From the IMG/VR virus record IMGVR_UViG_3300049982_000183, positions 1 through 30,498 of that record: DNA of 30,498 nucleotides; one strand, given 5' to 3'. Positions 15,522-22,646 of this stretch are shown here, one piece after another. The DNA is from a virus (Duplodnaviria; Caudoviricetes). A program made the position numbers and the translations under genes. The notes below the pieces were generated by a model. That model was not told where the DNA came from. It was given only the letters and a program-made list of their open reading frames with translations, and did no database searches. Position 1 is the first letter of the stretch. Each line of letters opens with the position of its first letter.

Positions 15522-16352
15522 ATGGATGAACTCGTCATCGAAGAACATCTCCGCTGGCTCAGGCGGATCACCGACAGCCACGCCACGCTCCGCGATCGCC
15601 GCGACAACCTCCGCCGCCTGAGCCGGAATCTGCCGGTCGCCCTCCTCGACGCCACGGAATCCGACCTCGACCGCTGGCAATCCGACCTCGGCGTGGGCAA
15701 GTCGAGCCTGCTCACCTACACCACGCACGTGCGCGCGTTCTACGCATGGGCGCACGATCGCGGGAAACGTGACGACAATCCCGCCGTCGCTCTGCCGCTG
15801 CCGAAAATCCCCGACCGCAAGCCCCGCCCCATCCCCGAGGACGCCCTCAAAACCGCGTTCCGATGCGCCGACGCGGAGATGATGGTCTGGCTCGCCCTCG
15901 CCGGGTGGGTCGGCTGCCGCGCCGGCGAAATCGCCAAGCTCGAGGACACCTCGGTCATCGACGAACCCGACGGGATGCTGCTGCGCATCGACGGCAAAGG
16001 CGGCAAGGAACGCATCGTTCCCGTGCCGTCGGTGATGGTGCCGATGATCCGCGGCGTGCTCCGTAAAGGCCGACTGTTCCGCACCCCGACCGGGCTGCTC
16101 GCCAACGGCCAGTACGTCACCCGCGTCAGCTCGGCGTTCTTCGCGGGCATCGGCTTGCCCTACACCCTGCACCAGCTGAGACACAGGTTCGGCACCCAGC
16201 ACTACCGGCTCTGCAAGGACATCCGGCAGACGCAGGAGCTGATGGGCCACAGCTCGCCGTCGACCACCGCGAAGTACGTCGCGCTGGCGCACCGCGGTGG
16301 CGCTAGATCCATGGACCGGCTCGGCAAGTCCCTCCCGAGGGTCGCCCCCTAG
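15522..16352 (+). CDS. int: Tyrosine integrase lacking an arm-binding domain (~276 aa)
   Basis: Catalytic set GCRAGE, GKGGKER, HQLRH, MGH, TAKY. Alternative start at 15480. Confidence 0.92.
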   Translation: MDELVIEEHLRWLRRITDSHATLRDRRDNLRRLSRNLPVALLDATESDLDRWQSDLGVGKSSLLTYTTHVRAFYAWAHDRGKRDDNPAVALPLPKIPDRKPRPIPEDALKTAFRCADAEMMVWLALAGWVGCRAGEIAKLEDTSVIDEPDGMLLRIDGKGGKERIVPVPSVMVPMIRGVLRKGRLFRTPTGLLANGQYVTRVSSAFFAGIGLPYTLHQLRHRFGTQHYRLCKDIRQTQELMGHSSPSTTAKYVALAHRGGARSMDRLGKSLPRVAP

Positions 16353-16426
16353 CCATGACCGCCGAGCAGCGGAGCCGCGGCCCACCATCGCCGCCTCCGC
16401 ACCACCTGCGCCCAGACCCCGCGCGG

Positions 16427-16465
16427 GGGGCGGCCGGGACACCTAGTACGTGCCCCGGCCGCCCC
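16427..16465 (+). terminator. Hairpin downstream of the integrase
   Basis: GGGGCGGCCGGG...CCCGGCCGCCCC, 12-bp stem. Confidence 0.5.
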
Positions 16466-16513
16466 AGCACCGTAACTCCCCAGTACGCCACCCGCACTTC
16501 AGGAGGCAACGCC

Positions 16514-16897
16514 ATGACCACCCGCATCACCGAAACCCCGACGCCGAGCACCAGCTCCCCCACGGGGTACGGCCCCATCGAGACCTGCCCGAACAGCCTC
16601 ACCCCGCCGCACACCGAGTACGACCACTCCGGCCCGATCCAGTACCGCGGCGCGCTGCTGCAGGCCGTCGACGGCGTCGAACTCGGCACCTACGACCGCC
16701 GCATCCTCGACTGGCTCGCCGGCTGGGACACGTCGACGGTGGCCGTCGTCGTGTCGCTGCTGCACCGCGTCCGCGCGGCCGGCGCCGCCGAGCTCGAGGC
16801 GAAGCTCAACGACACCTACTACGACATGGACGTCATCCGCGAGGACAACGCCCGTCTGCAGGCCTCGCTGGACAACCTGCGGGGAGCCGAGCAGTGA
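16514..16897 (+). CDS. Hypothetical protein (127 aa)
   Basis: AGGAGG RBS. GVELGTYDRRILDWLAGWD and a C-terminal coiled coil. Confidence 0.8.
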   Translation: MTTRITETPTPSTSSPTGYGPIETCPNSLTPPHTEYDHSGPIQYRGALLQAVDGVELGTYDRRILDWLAGWDTSTVAVVVSLLHRVRAAGAAELEAKLNDTYYDMDVIREDNARLQASLDNLRGAEQ

Positions 16898-17196
16898 ACG
16901 GGGCGCACCGGGCGCCGACGCTCCCGCGCGCCGCCCACGGCCGGCACCGCGCGAAGACGGCCGAGCAGCTGCTCGCCGCGTACCGGCGGTGGGCGATGGC
17001 GCTCGTCGCCCTCACCGTCTACGTCACGCTCGTCCTGCCGGTCGAGTACTACGGCCACGGCATGCACGACCCCGAGTTCGTGTTCACGAACATCGGTGTC
17101 CTGGTGGGCTGGTGGATCGTCATCGCGAAGACGCTGCATACCTGGGATCAGCTCACCGTCGCCCGGCAGCGCGGCAGCAGGGCGGTGCACCCTTGA
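16894..17196 (+). CDS. 2-TM membrane protein (100 aa)
   Basis: GTGA overlap. GAHRA/GRHRA basic N-terminus and two hydrophobic helices. Confidence 0.7.
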   Translation: MNGAHRAPTLPRAAHGRHRAKTAEQLLAAYRRWAMALVALTVYVTLVLPVEYYGHGMHDPEFVFTNIGVLVGWWIVIAKTLHTWDQLTVARQRGSRAVHP

Positions 17197-17459
17197 CGTT
17201 GACGTACTACCGCACCGGCGACACGGAGCCCGGCCGGGAGGGCGATGTCCTCGTGCACCACGTCCGCACGGCCGCCGAGAAGCGGTACCTCGCGCGGTTC
17301 CAGCACGGCTGGCGCTGGGTCAACTCCAAGACCGAACTCGACCGCGGCGACCAGACACCGCTCACGTGGACGTTCGCCATGGACAGCGAGCCGGACGGCC
17401 TACCCACCGAGGTGCGCACCCCGAGCGACGCCGAGCTCGTCGACTGGCTGGCGTCCTGA
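17193..17459 (+). CDS. Hypothetical protein (88 aa)
   Basis: TTGA overlap and GC3 bias. Confidence 0.65.
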   Translation: MTLTYYRTGDTEPGREGDVLVHHVRTAAEKRYLARFQHGWRWVNSKTELDRGDQTPLTWTFAMDSEPDGLPTEVRTPSDAELVDWLAS

Positions 17460-17465
17460 ACACGC

Positions 17466-17502
17466 CGGTGCCCCGGCACAGGTCATGTGTGCCGGGGCGC
17501 CG
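17466..17502. terminator. Bidirectional terminator hairpin
   Basis: CGGTGCCCCGGCACA / TGTGCCGGGGCGCCG lies between convergent stops at 17459 and 17515. Confidence 0.7.
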
Positions 17503-17514
17503 TCCCACGGGCAT

Positions 17515-18276
17515 CTACTCAGCTGGCCACTCGTACGACAGCTCGTACCGATCGGACGCGAGGACCATGTCGTTCATCTCCAACGGGGTGCCCTCCTCGC
17601 TGAAGGCGACGCGAGTAACGGTGATGACCGGGACGCCGTCCGCCAGTTGCAACAGCGAGCCTTCATCGGGTTTCGGCATCCTCGCGCCGACGTGCTCGAC
17701 GAACGAACCGAGCCGGTGCCCAGCCTCCTCCAGACGTGCGTAGGCACCGCCCTTGCCGGTGTTGACCTCTTCGATCGCGGTGCCGCGTGTCAGTTCGCGC
17801 GGGAGACGCGACACCGCGAGTTGAACCACCAGCCCATCGGCCCGCATCACCCGATCCCTCACGGTGATCTCCGCGCCCTCGTCGATGGCGAGGTGCGCGG
17901 CGGTTCGGGCGTCAGCCTGCTCGAACCGGATCTTCACAGACGTGGACGGCGTGAAGCCGCGGGCGGCCGCGTCGGCGAGGAACGCGCCACGGTTGCGTTC
18001 GCGGGCTGCCCGAGAGAGTCGCGACCGGGCAATGCGTTGGATGCTGGCGGGCGGCCGGACGAAGACGCCGCGTCCGTGTTCCGAGGTGATGAGTCCTTCG
18101 GAGCGGAGGATGTTGACGGCGTCACGGACGGTCGGGCGGGACACGCCGTAGGACTCGACGAGGTCACGTTCGCTCGGGAGCTGCTCGCCCGCGGCGTAGT
18201 GGCCGGCGGCGATCTTCTCGCGAATGTCGGCTGCAACCTGCCGGAATGCGGGGACTCCGCTTCTGCGATCCACCAT
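17515..18276 (-). CDS. GntR family regulator with a UTRA domain (HutC/KorSA-like)
   Basis: QVAADIR..I..G.Y..G.QLPSE..L...YGVSR.TVR.A...L..EGL.....GRG.FV, plus a UTRA C-terminus. Confidence 0.93.
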   Translation of the reverse strand: MVDRRSGVPAFRQVAADIREKIAAGHYAAGEQLPSERDLVESYGVSRPTVRDAVNILRSEGLITSEHGRGVFVRPPASIQRIARSRLSRAARERNRGAFLADAAARGFTPSTSVKIRFEQADARTAAHLAIDEGAEITVRDRVMRADGLVVQLAVSRLPRELTRGTAIEEVNTGKGGAYARLEEAGHRLGSFVEHVGARMPKPDEGSLLQLADGVPVITVTRVAFSEEGTPLEMNDMVLASDRYELSYEWPAE

Positions 18277-18281
18277 GCCTC

Positions 18282-18349
18282 ATTCTCGCACTGGTTAGCT
18301 TGTCTTGACCAGTTGTAGTCCATGTGGCACGGTAATTGTCAAGACGTGC
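18282..18349. promoter_or_regulatory. Divergent promoters with two GntR/HutC-type operator sites
   Basis: GCTTGTCTTGACCAGT (18298-18313) and AATTGTCAAGACGTGC (18334-18349) are inverted copies (12/16). Rightward TTGACC-17-CACGGT. Leftward TGGTCA-18-GAGAAT-5-ATG. Confidence 0.65.
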
Positions 18350-18384
18350 TTACGAGTGAACAGAGAGTAACTGGGGGACGGCCT

Positions 18385-18624
18385 GTGACCAGAGGGTGGC
18401 CGTACGAAAGAAAGTCGATCAAGACGACCGACGCCGTCGGTCAGGACGTCGAGGTGACCGTGGGCTTCGTACACGACCAAGAAGGCCGGCTACGCCTGGC
18501 GCTGGGCATCGGCGACGGCCCGACTGCCCTCCTGGGCGCCGGCACCGGAGACGGCACCGCGTGGGAGCTACTCAGCCAGCTCCACCACGCCGTCGGCGAC
18601 CTGATCAAGCGCGGCGGTGCCTGA
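18385..18624 (+). CDS. Small hypothetical protein (79 aa)
   Basis: GGGGGA RBS, first gene divergent from GntR. Confidence 0.7.
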   Translation: MTRGWPYERKSIKTTDAVGQDVEVTVGFVHDQEGRLRLALGIGDGPTALLGAGTGDGTAWELLSQLHHAVGDLIKRGGA

Positions 18625-18812
18625 TGCCCACCGCACTCGCGACCAGGATGACGCCGGCGCCGAACCTCGCGCACCGACGGGCGACCGACCAGGAGCAGGC
18701 GCGCTGGTCGGAGCACGCCCGTGTGATCAACACCTGCCGCTGGTGCAAGACCGCGTACCGGGCCGGGTCCGGCGCGGCGTGGGTGTGCGAGCACTGGCAC
18801 GAGGGCCTGTGA
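18624..18812 (+). CDS. Small zinc-finger-like protein (62 aa)
   Basis: TGATG overlap. CRWC...CEHWH. Confidence 0.65.
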   Translation: MPTALATRMTPAPNLAHRRATDQEQARWSEHARVINTCRWCKTAYRAGSGAAWVCEHWHEGL

Positions 18813-19000
18813 TCGCCGAGCAGCCGCGGCGTCCGGCGCGGTACCACGAGGACCATTTCAGGTACACGAGCCGTGGCCACCGGTGGAGCGAGGTGTCCGA
18901 CGCCGAGTTGCTCCTGCTCGATCCGAGCCGCGCGGCGCAGCTCGCGCCGCCGCCACTGCCCGCCGACGAGCCGGACGACGAGCAGCAGCCACCACAGTGA
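18809..19000 (+). CDS. Small hypothetical protein (63 aa)
   Basis: GTGA overlap and GAGGG RBS. Confidence 0.55.
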   Translation: MIAEQPRRPARYHEDHFRYTSRGHRWSEVSDAELLLLDPSRAAQLAPPPLPADEPDDEQQPPQ

Positions 19001-19003
19001 CCG

Positions 19004-19284
19004 CCTGGCCGCCGCGCCGAACCCCGAGGGCGCGGCGGCCAGGTATCCAGCTCCGCGGACCCGTCCAAGCAGGCGTGCGGGTGATCGCGGAACGGCCGTC
19101 CAAGCACATACCCCGCGACTTGGGCGGTCCCTGCCGGGCAGCGTCTGCACCGCCGCCGGCCCGGCAGGACTCAGCCCCGTCCACGCCCCTCCCCAAGAGG
19201 CCCAGCCTCCGGGGCGGTGGACGGCCGCGCCCGGTCGCGCGGGTGGCGGAGCCGAGCCCCGGAGCCTCCACTCCGGGGCTCGGT
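19004..19284 (+). ncRNA. Candidate structured RNA: seven abutting hairpins
   Basis: Stems at 19004-43, 19053-90, 19094-129, 19130-68, 19177-224, 19225-49 and 19251-84. G-U pairs favour the + strand. No credible ORF. Confidence 0.5.
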
Positions 19285-19351
19285 GCGTAACAACCACACC
19301 GACCACACCGACCTACACCCGCAACACCACCGCTGCCGAGGGGGACACCCG

Positions 19352-19891
19352 ATGAAGACCCGAACCATATTCACGACCGCCGCCGCCTGCGTCCTGCTGT
19401 TCCTCGCCGGATGTGGCGCGCCGCGCGTCAACACCGGCAGCGTCAGCCCCGCGTCCGGCGCCGCGCCTTCGAGCGCCGCGGCCGCCGACGCCAAGCAGGT
19501 ACCGACCTGGGGCCAGCGCTACACCTGGCCGAACGGCGTCGCCATCGAGGTCGGCCAGCCGGCGACGTGCAAGCCCGGCAAGTACGCTCAGCCGCCGGGC
19601 ATCGAGCGCGCCGTCACGGTCGCGGTGACCGTGGTCAACAGCTCCGACAAGCCGTTCGACGCGGCGCTGCTGTCCGTCGCGAACGCGACGTTCGCCGGCG
19701 CGCACGCCGAGTCCGTGTTCGATTCGGGCGGCAAGTGCGCGAACAGCACGATGGAGGCCGGGACCGTGCTGCCTGGGAAGACGCTCAAGCTAAACATGAG
19801 CTACTCCGTCGGCAAGGAACCGGGCGAGCTGCAGATCGAGCTGCAGCCGGACTTCATCGGCGACAAGGCCGTGTTCGTCGGCCAGGCGTAG
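19352..19891 (+). CDS. Lipoprotein with an Ig-like (DUF4352-like) domain, possible superinfection exclusion
   Basis: GAGGGGG RBS. Signal peptide MKTR...LLFLAGC lipobox, Ala/Ser linker, then WG..YTW.NG...VTVVN.S.KPFD...VLPG. Confidence 0.8.
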   Translation: MKTRTIFTTAAACVLLFLAGCGAPRVNTGSVSPASGAAPSSAAAADAKQVPTWGQRYTWPNGVAIEVGQPATCKPGKYAQPPGIERAVTVAVTVVNSSDKPFDAALLSVANATFAGAHAESVFDSGGKCANSTMEAGTVLPGKTLKLNMSYSVGKEPGELQIELQPDFIGDKAVFVGQA

Positions 19892-19949
19892 GTGCCCTGA
19901 CGCGGGCCCGTCCCACCCCTCCCCCCTCAGTGGGGCAGGCTCACGAAGA

Positions 19950-19991
19950 AACGCGCCCCCCGCGCTCCTCACGGAGCACGGGGGGCGCGTT
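19950..19991. terminator. Bidirectional terminator between the lipoprotein and the late operon
   Basis: AACGCGCCCCCCGCGCTCC-TCAC-GGAGCACGGGGGGCGCGTT. Confidence 0.8.
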
Positions 19992-20006
19992 CGCGTCAGC
20001 TGGAGG

Positions 20007-20219
20007 TCAGCTGGCCGGGGGCTGCTTCGGTGCGTTCGACGGGCCGCCCAGGACGGCGAGCACCGTCACCACGCCCGTGATGATCGTCTGCCACGACGCC
20101 GGCAAGGTCGGCGCGAGGACCGCGATGCCACCGGCGCCGACGATGGCGCCGGCGACCCCGGCGAGGAACTTCTTGCCGCGGGCGGCGTAGTACGCCAGCC
20201 GGCCGAGGAGGCCGCTCAC
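20007..20219 (-). CDS. Holin (2 TM, 70 aa)
   Basis: GTGA overlap with the endolysin. Basic N-terminus, two TMs, PSN near the end. Confidence 0.75.
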   Translation of the reverse strand: MSGLLGRLAYYAARGKKFLAGVAGAIVGAGGIAVLAPTLPASWQTIITGVVTVLAVLGGPSNAPKQPPAS

Positions 20220-21055
20220 GACTTCGCCGCCGACAGGAAGAACTCGTGCTGCGCGTCGTACAGCACCGTGCACGAGGTCGCGTGCTCCGGGATCTCCAGC
20301 GGACCCGGCCGGTTCTGGTCCCACCGCCACGTCTGTCGTGGGGTGCGGAACTCGCCGTCGTAGCCGCCACCGACGCCCGCCGCCTCGGCGGACCCCTTCG
20401 GTGTGTCGGCGTAGAACAGCACGGCGCGCACGTTCACGAACTGGTTGAACGAGCAGTGGAGGCGCAGCGCGGTGCAGCCAGCCACCGCGATGTCCGCGTG
20501 CTGGTTGGTGCCCGCCGGGCACGGCCGTCCGAATCCCATGTCGTCGTCTTCCTCTCTCTGGGGAGGCCGGGCGTCGTCGACGCCCGGCCAGTGGTCAGCC
20601 ACCGACGACACGTCGTAGCCCGGGGCCACGTCGCCGCGGTACTGCTTCGCCACCGCGGTGATGCCGTTCAACGTCGGCAGCGTGGGATCGCCGTTGTAGT
20701 GGGCGATCCAGTAGTGCGGCTGGTCGACGTGCTGCCGTACGAACTCCGCCTGCACCGTCGCCCACGTCGACTTCTGCACGTAGATCGACGGGTCGGCGCC
20801 GGCCGAGCGGCGCATCCTCACCCAGCCGGGCGCCTCCGCTGGGGTAGCGTCGCCGGGCTCGACGTCGAGCACGTGTCCGGCGTTCGTGCTGGCCTTCTTG
20901 ACGATCTGGACCTTGACCGCGTCGGGGAAGAGGGCCCAGTCACCGCCGGACCACGGTTCGAGCTTGATCTTGTCGATGTACCCGGCGACCATCTCCGGGG
21001 TGCGGTCGGCGGCGAGGATGTTGTCGGCGTTCACCGCGTCGTACATCGTGCGCAT
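20216..21055 (-). CDS. Endolysin: GH25-like muramidase plus an unknown C-terminal domain
   Basis: MYDAV...VAGY, LDVEPGD, PSIY, YWIAHY, AKQY and YDVS motifs. Sits next to the holin. Confidence 0.8.
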   Translation of the reverse strand: MRTMYDAVNADNILAADRTPEMVAGYIDKIKLEPWSGGDWALFPDAVKVQIVKKASTNAGHVLDVEPGDATPAEAPGWVRMRRSAGADPSIYVQKSTWATVQAEFVRQHVDQPHYWIAHYNGDPTLPTLNGITAVAKQYRGDVAPGYDVSSVADHWPGVDDARPPQREEDDDMGFGRPCPAGTNQHADIAVAGCTALRLHCSFNQFVNVRAVLFYADTPKGSAEAAGVGGGYDGEFRTPRQTWRWDQNRPGPLEIPEHATSCTVLYDAQHEFFLSAAKS

Positions 21056-21057
21056 GG

Positions 21058-21780
21058 TCAGTCCCTCCGTCGGAGTGTGGTGCCGGTCGGCAGCACGGCC
21101 GACGGCGTGGTGGTCGGCGGCGGCCCGGCCGGCGCGCACGCGGCGTCGCCTGCCTCGCCCTGGTCGACCCGGGTCCGGCCGTCGCTGTAGTCGTTGAAGG
21201 ACCGGCAGACGCCGTCGGCGTCGCGGTCGAAGTACTGCCGGGTCACCGAGGTGCCGGGCGCGCCGTCCTTGCCCGGAGCACCGTCCTGCCCAGGTGCCCC
21301 GTCTTTCCCGGGCGCCCCGTCCTGGCCAGCTGCCCCGGCTGAGCCGTCCTTGCCCGCGGGACCGTCCTTGCCGGGCTGGCCGCTGGCGCCCTGGCACTGG
21401 CTGGCGGTGAGCAGGCACGGCGGTGTCTGGCCGGCCGAGCCCGTCGCGCCGGTGGCCCCGGTCGCGCCAGTGGCTCCCGTGGCGCCGGGCTGGGCCGGGG
21501 CGACGACCGGCGTGCCGCCGAGCTTGAGCACCTGGTCGTACAGCAGCTGCGTGCGCCCCGCCGCGTCCGTCGCCGAGGTCGTCGCGATGTCGGCCTTCCC
21601 CTGCGCCGCGGTGACGTCGCCGTGCAAGCCACGGATCGCGAAGAACGACCAGGCTGCGAGCCCCAGCACCCCGAGCACGACGAGCGCCCCCGCGAGGTAG
21701 AGCATCCGGTGCGACCGCGAGTCGCGCGCGCCGTCGGCGGCGGGCTGCACGAGCGTCCGGTCGATCGAGTCACCCGTCAT
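21058..21780 (-). CDS. Membrane-anchored collagen-like protein
   Basis: N-terminal TM, coiled coil, then two G-X-Y tracts (GAT repeats; GKD/GAP/GQD). Confidence 0.85.
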   Translation of the reverse strand: MTGDSIDRTLVQPAADGARDSRSHRMLYLAGALVVLGVLGLAAWSFFAIRGLHGDVTAAQGKADIATTSATDAAGRTQLLYDQVLKLGGTPVVAPAQPGATGATGATGATGATGSAGQTPPCLLTASQCQGASGQPGKDGPAGKDGSAGAAGQDGAPGKDGAPGQDGAPGKDGAPGTSVTRQYFDRDADGVCRSFNDYSDGRTRVDQGEAGDAACAPAGPPPTTTPSAVLPTGTTLRRRD

Positions 21781-22031
21781 CCGTCGTTCCCCTCCTCGTC
21801 TGCGAGATCGCGCAGGGCCTTGAGCAGCTCGGCGCGTGCGTCGTGCCGGTCTTCCTGCTCGTCGCCTTCGTCGTCGGTCCCGATCGCGCGGTCGATGACG
21901 TGCTGCGCCGCGGTCCGACGCTCGCGCCGTGAGCCGGTCTTGAGGGCGCGGAGTCCGATCCAGACCCCGCCGAGTGCCGTGATGATCGAAGCGATGCCGG
22001 GGAGCAGCTGCGCCAGGTCACCCACGTCCAC
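21777..22031 (-). CDS. Small membrane protein of the lysis cassette (84 aa)
   Basis: One N-terminal TM and a charged tail. GAAGGGG RBS. Confidence 0.7.
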   Translation of the reverse strand: MDVGDLAQLLPGIASIITALGGVWIGLRALKTGSRRERRTAAQHVIDRAIGTDDEGDEQEDRHDARAELLKALRDLADEEGNDG

Positions 22032-22049
22032 CCCCTTCGTGCTTGAGTC

Positions 22050-22628
22050 CTATGTGGACGGGGTGATGAAGATGGCGGCCAGGAACGAGCCACCGAAGTT
22101 CGTCCGCAGCGTCGTCGAGGCACCGTAGGTGTGCGTGGCTTCGAGGAAAATCGTTGCCCCAGCGGCAAGGTTGACGAGCGCGGACATGTTCGCAGTCGGA
22201 CCAGCCGCACCCTGACCGGCGTTCGCGCCACCGGCACCGACAGCGTTGGTCGAGGACGTCGTGCCGTTCACGCAGATGTAGCCACCCGCGTTCGTGTTCA
22301 GCGTCGGCGCCCCGATGGCCTGATAGAAAACCTGGCCATTGAGGAGGTAGATCCCTGGGTGCTGCACCGTGAGAACGCCGGGTGCGGACGCGGTCCACAT
22401 GTTGTCGGTGTTAATGACCGCGCTTTGGAAATTGAGCACCGTATCGGCGTTGTTCGGGATGACCTGGCCGGTGGTGGCCCGCACGATCGCGCACGGCTTT
22501 TGTGTGGTGAACCCCGCATTGTTGTACAGGTAGAGGTTCGTCAGGTTCTGCGCCAGCGCGTTGAGGTCCGTCGCGTGGACGATCATGCCGTCGGTGAACG
22601 ACGGGATCACCGGTGTGGGAATGCCCAT
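22050..22628 (-). CDS. Minor tail / fibre protein (192 aa)
   Basis: F.DG....A.DLN N-terminus and a beta-rich C1q/TNF-like head (PGIYLLNGQV, L.AGATIFL). Confidence 0.7.
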   Translation of the reverse strand: MGIPTPVIPSFTDGMIVHATDLNALAQNLTNLYLYNNAGFTTQKPCAIVRATTGQVIPNNADTVLNFQSAVINTDNMWTASAPGVLTVQHPGIYLLNGQVFYQAIGAPTLNTNAGGYICVNGTTSSTNAVGAGGANAGQGAAGPTANMSALVNLAAGATIFLEATHTYGASTTLRTNFGGSFLAAIFITPST

Positions 22629-22646
22629 GCTGTCTGCTCTCCGTCC

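Noticed and set aside
17515-19000. Separate integrated conjugative element (AICE) suggested by the KorSA-like gene
   Set aside because: No TraB/FtsK, RepSA, excisionase or flanking direct repeats. It is treated as a phage accessory module.
19004-19284. CRISPR array or mini-array
   Set aside because: The stems differ in sequence, there is no constant repeat-spacer period, and no cas genes are present.
21250-21490. 9- and 18-bp periodic repeats
   Set aside because: Fully explained by collagen G-X-Y coding.
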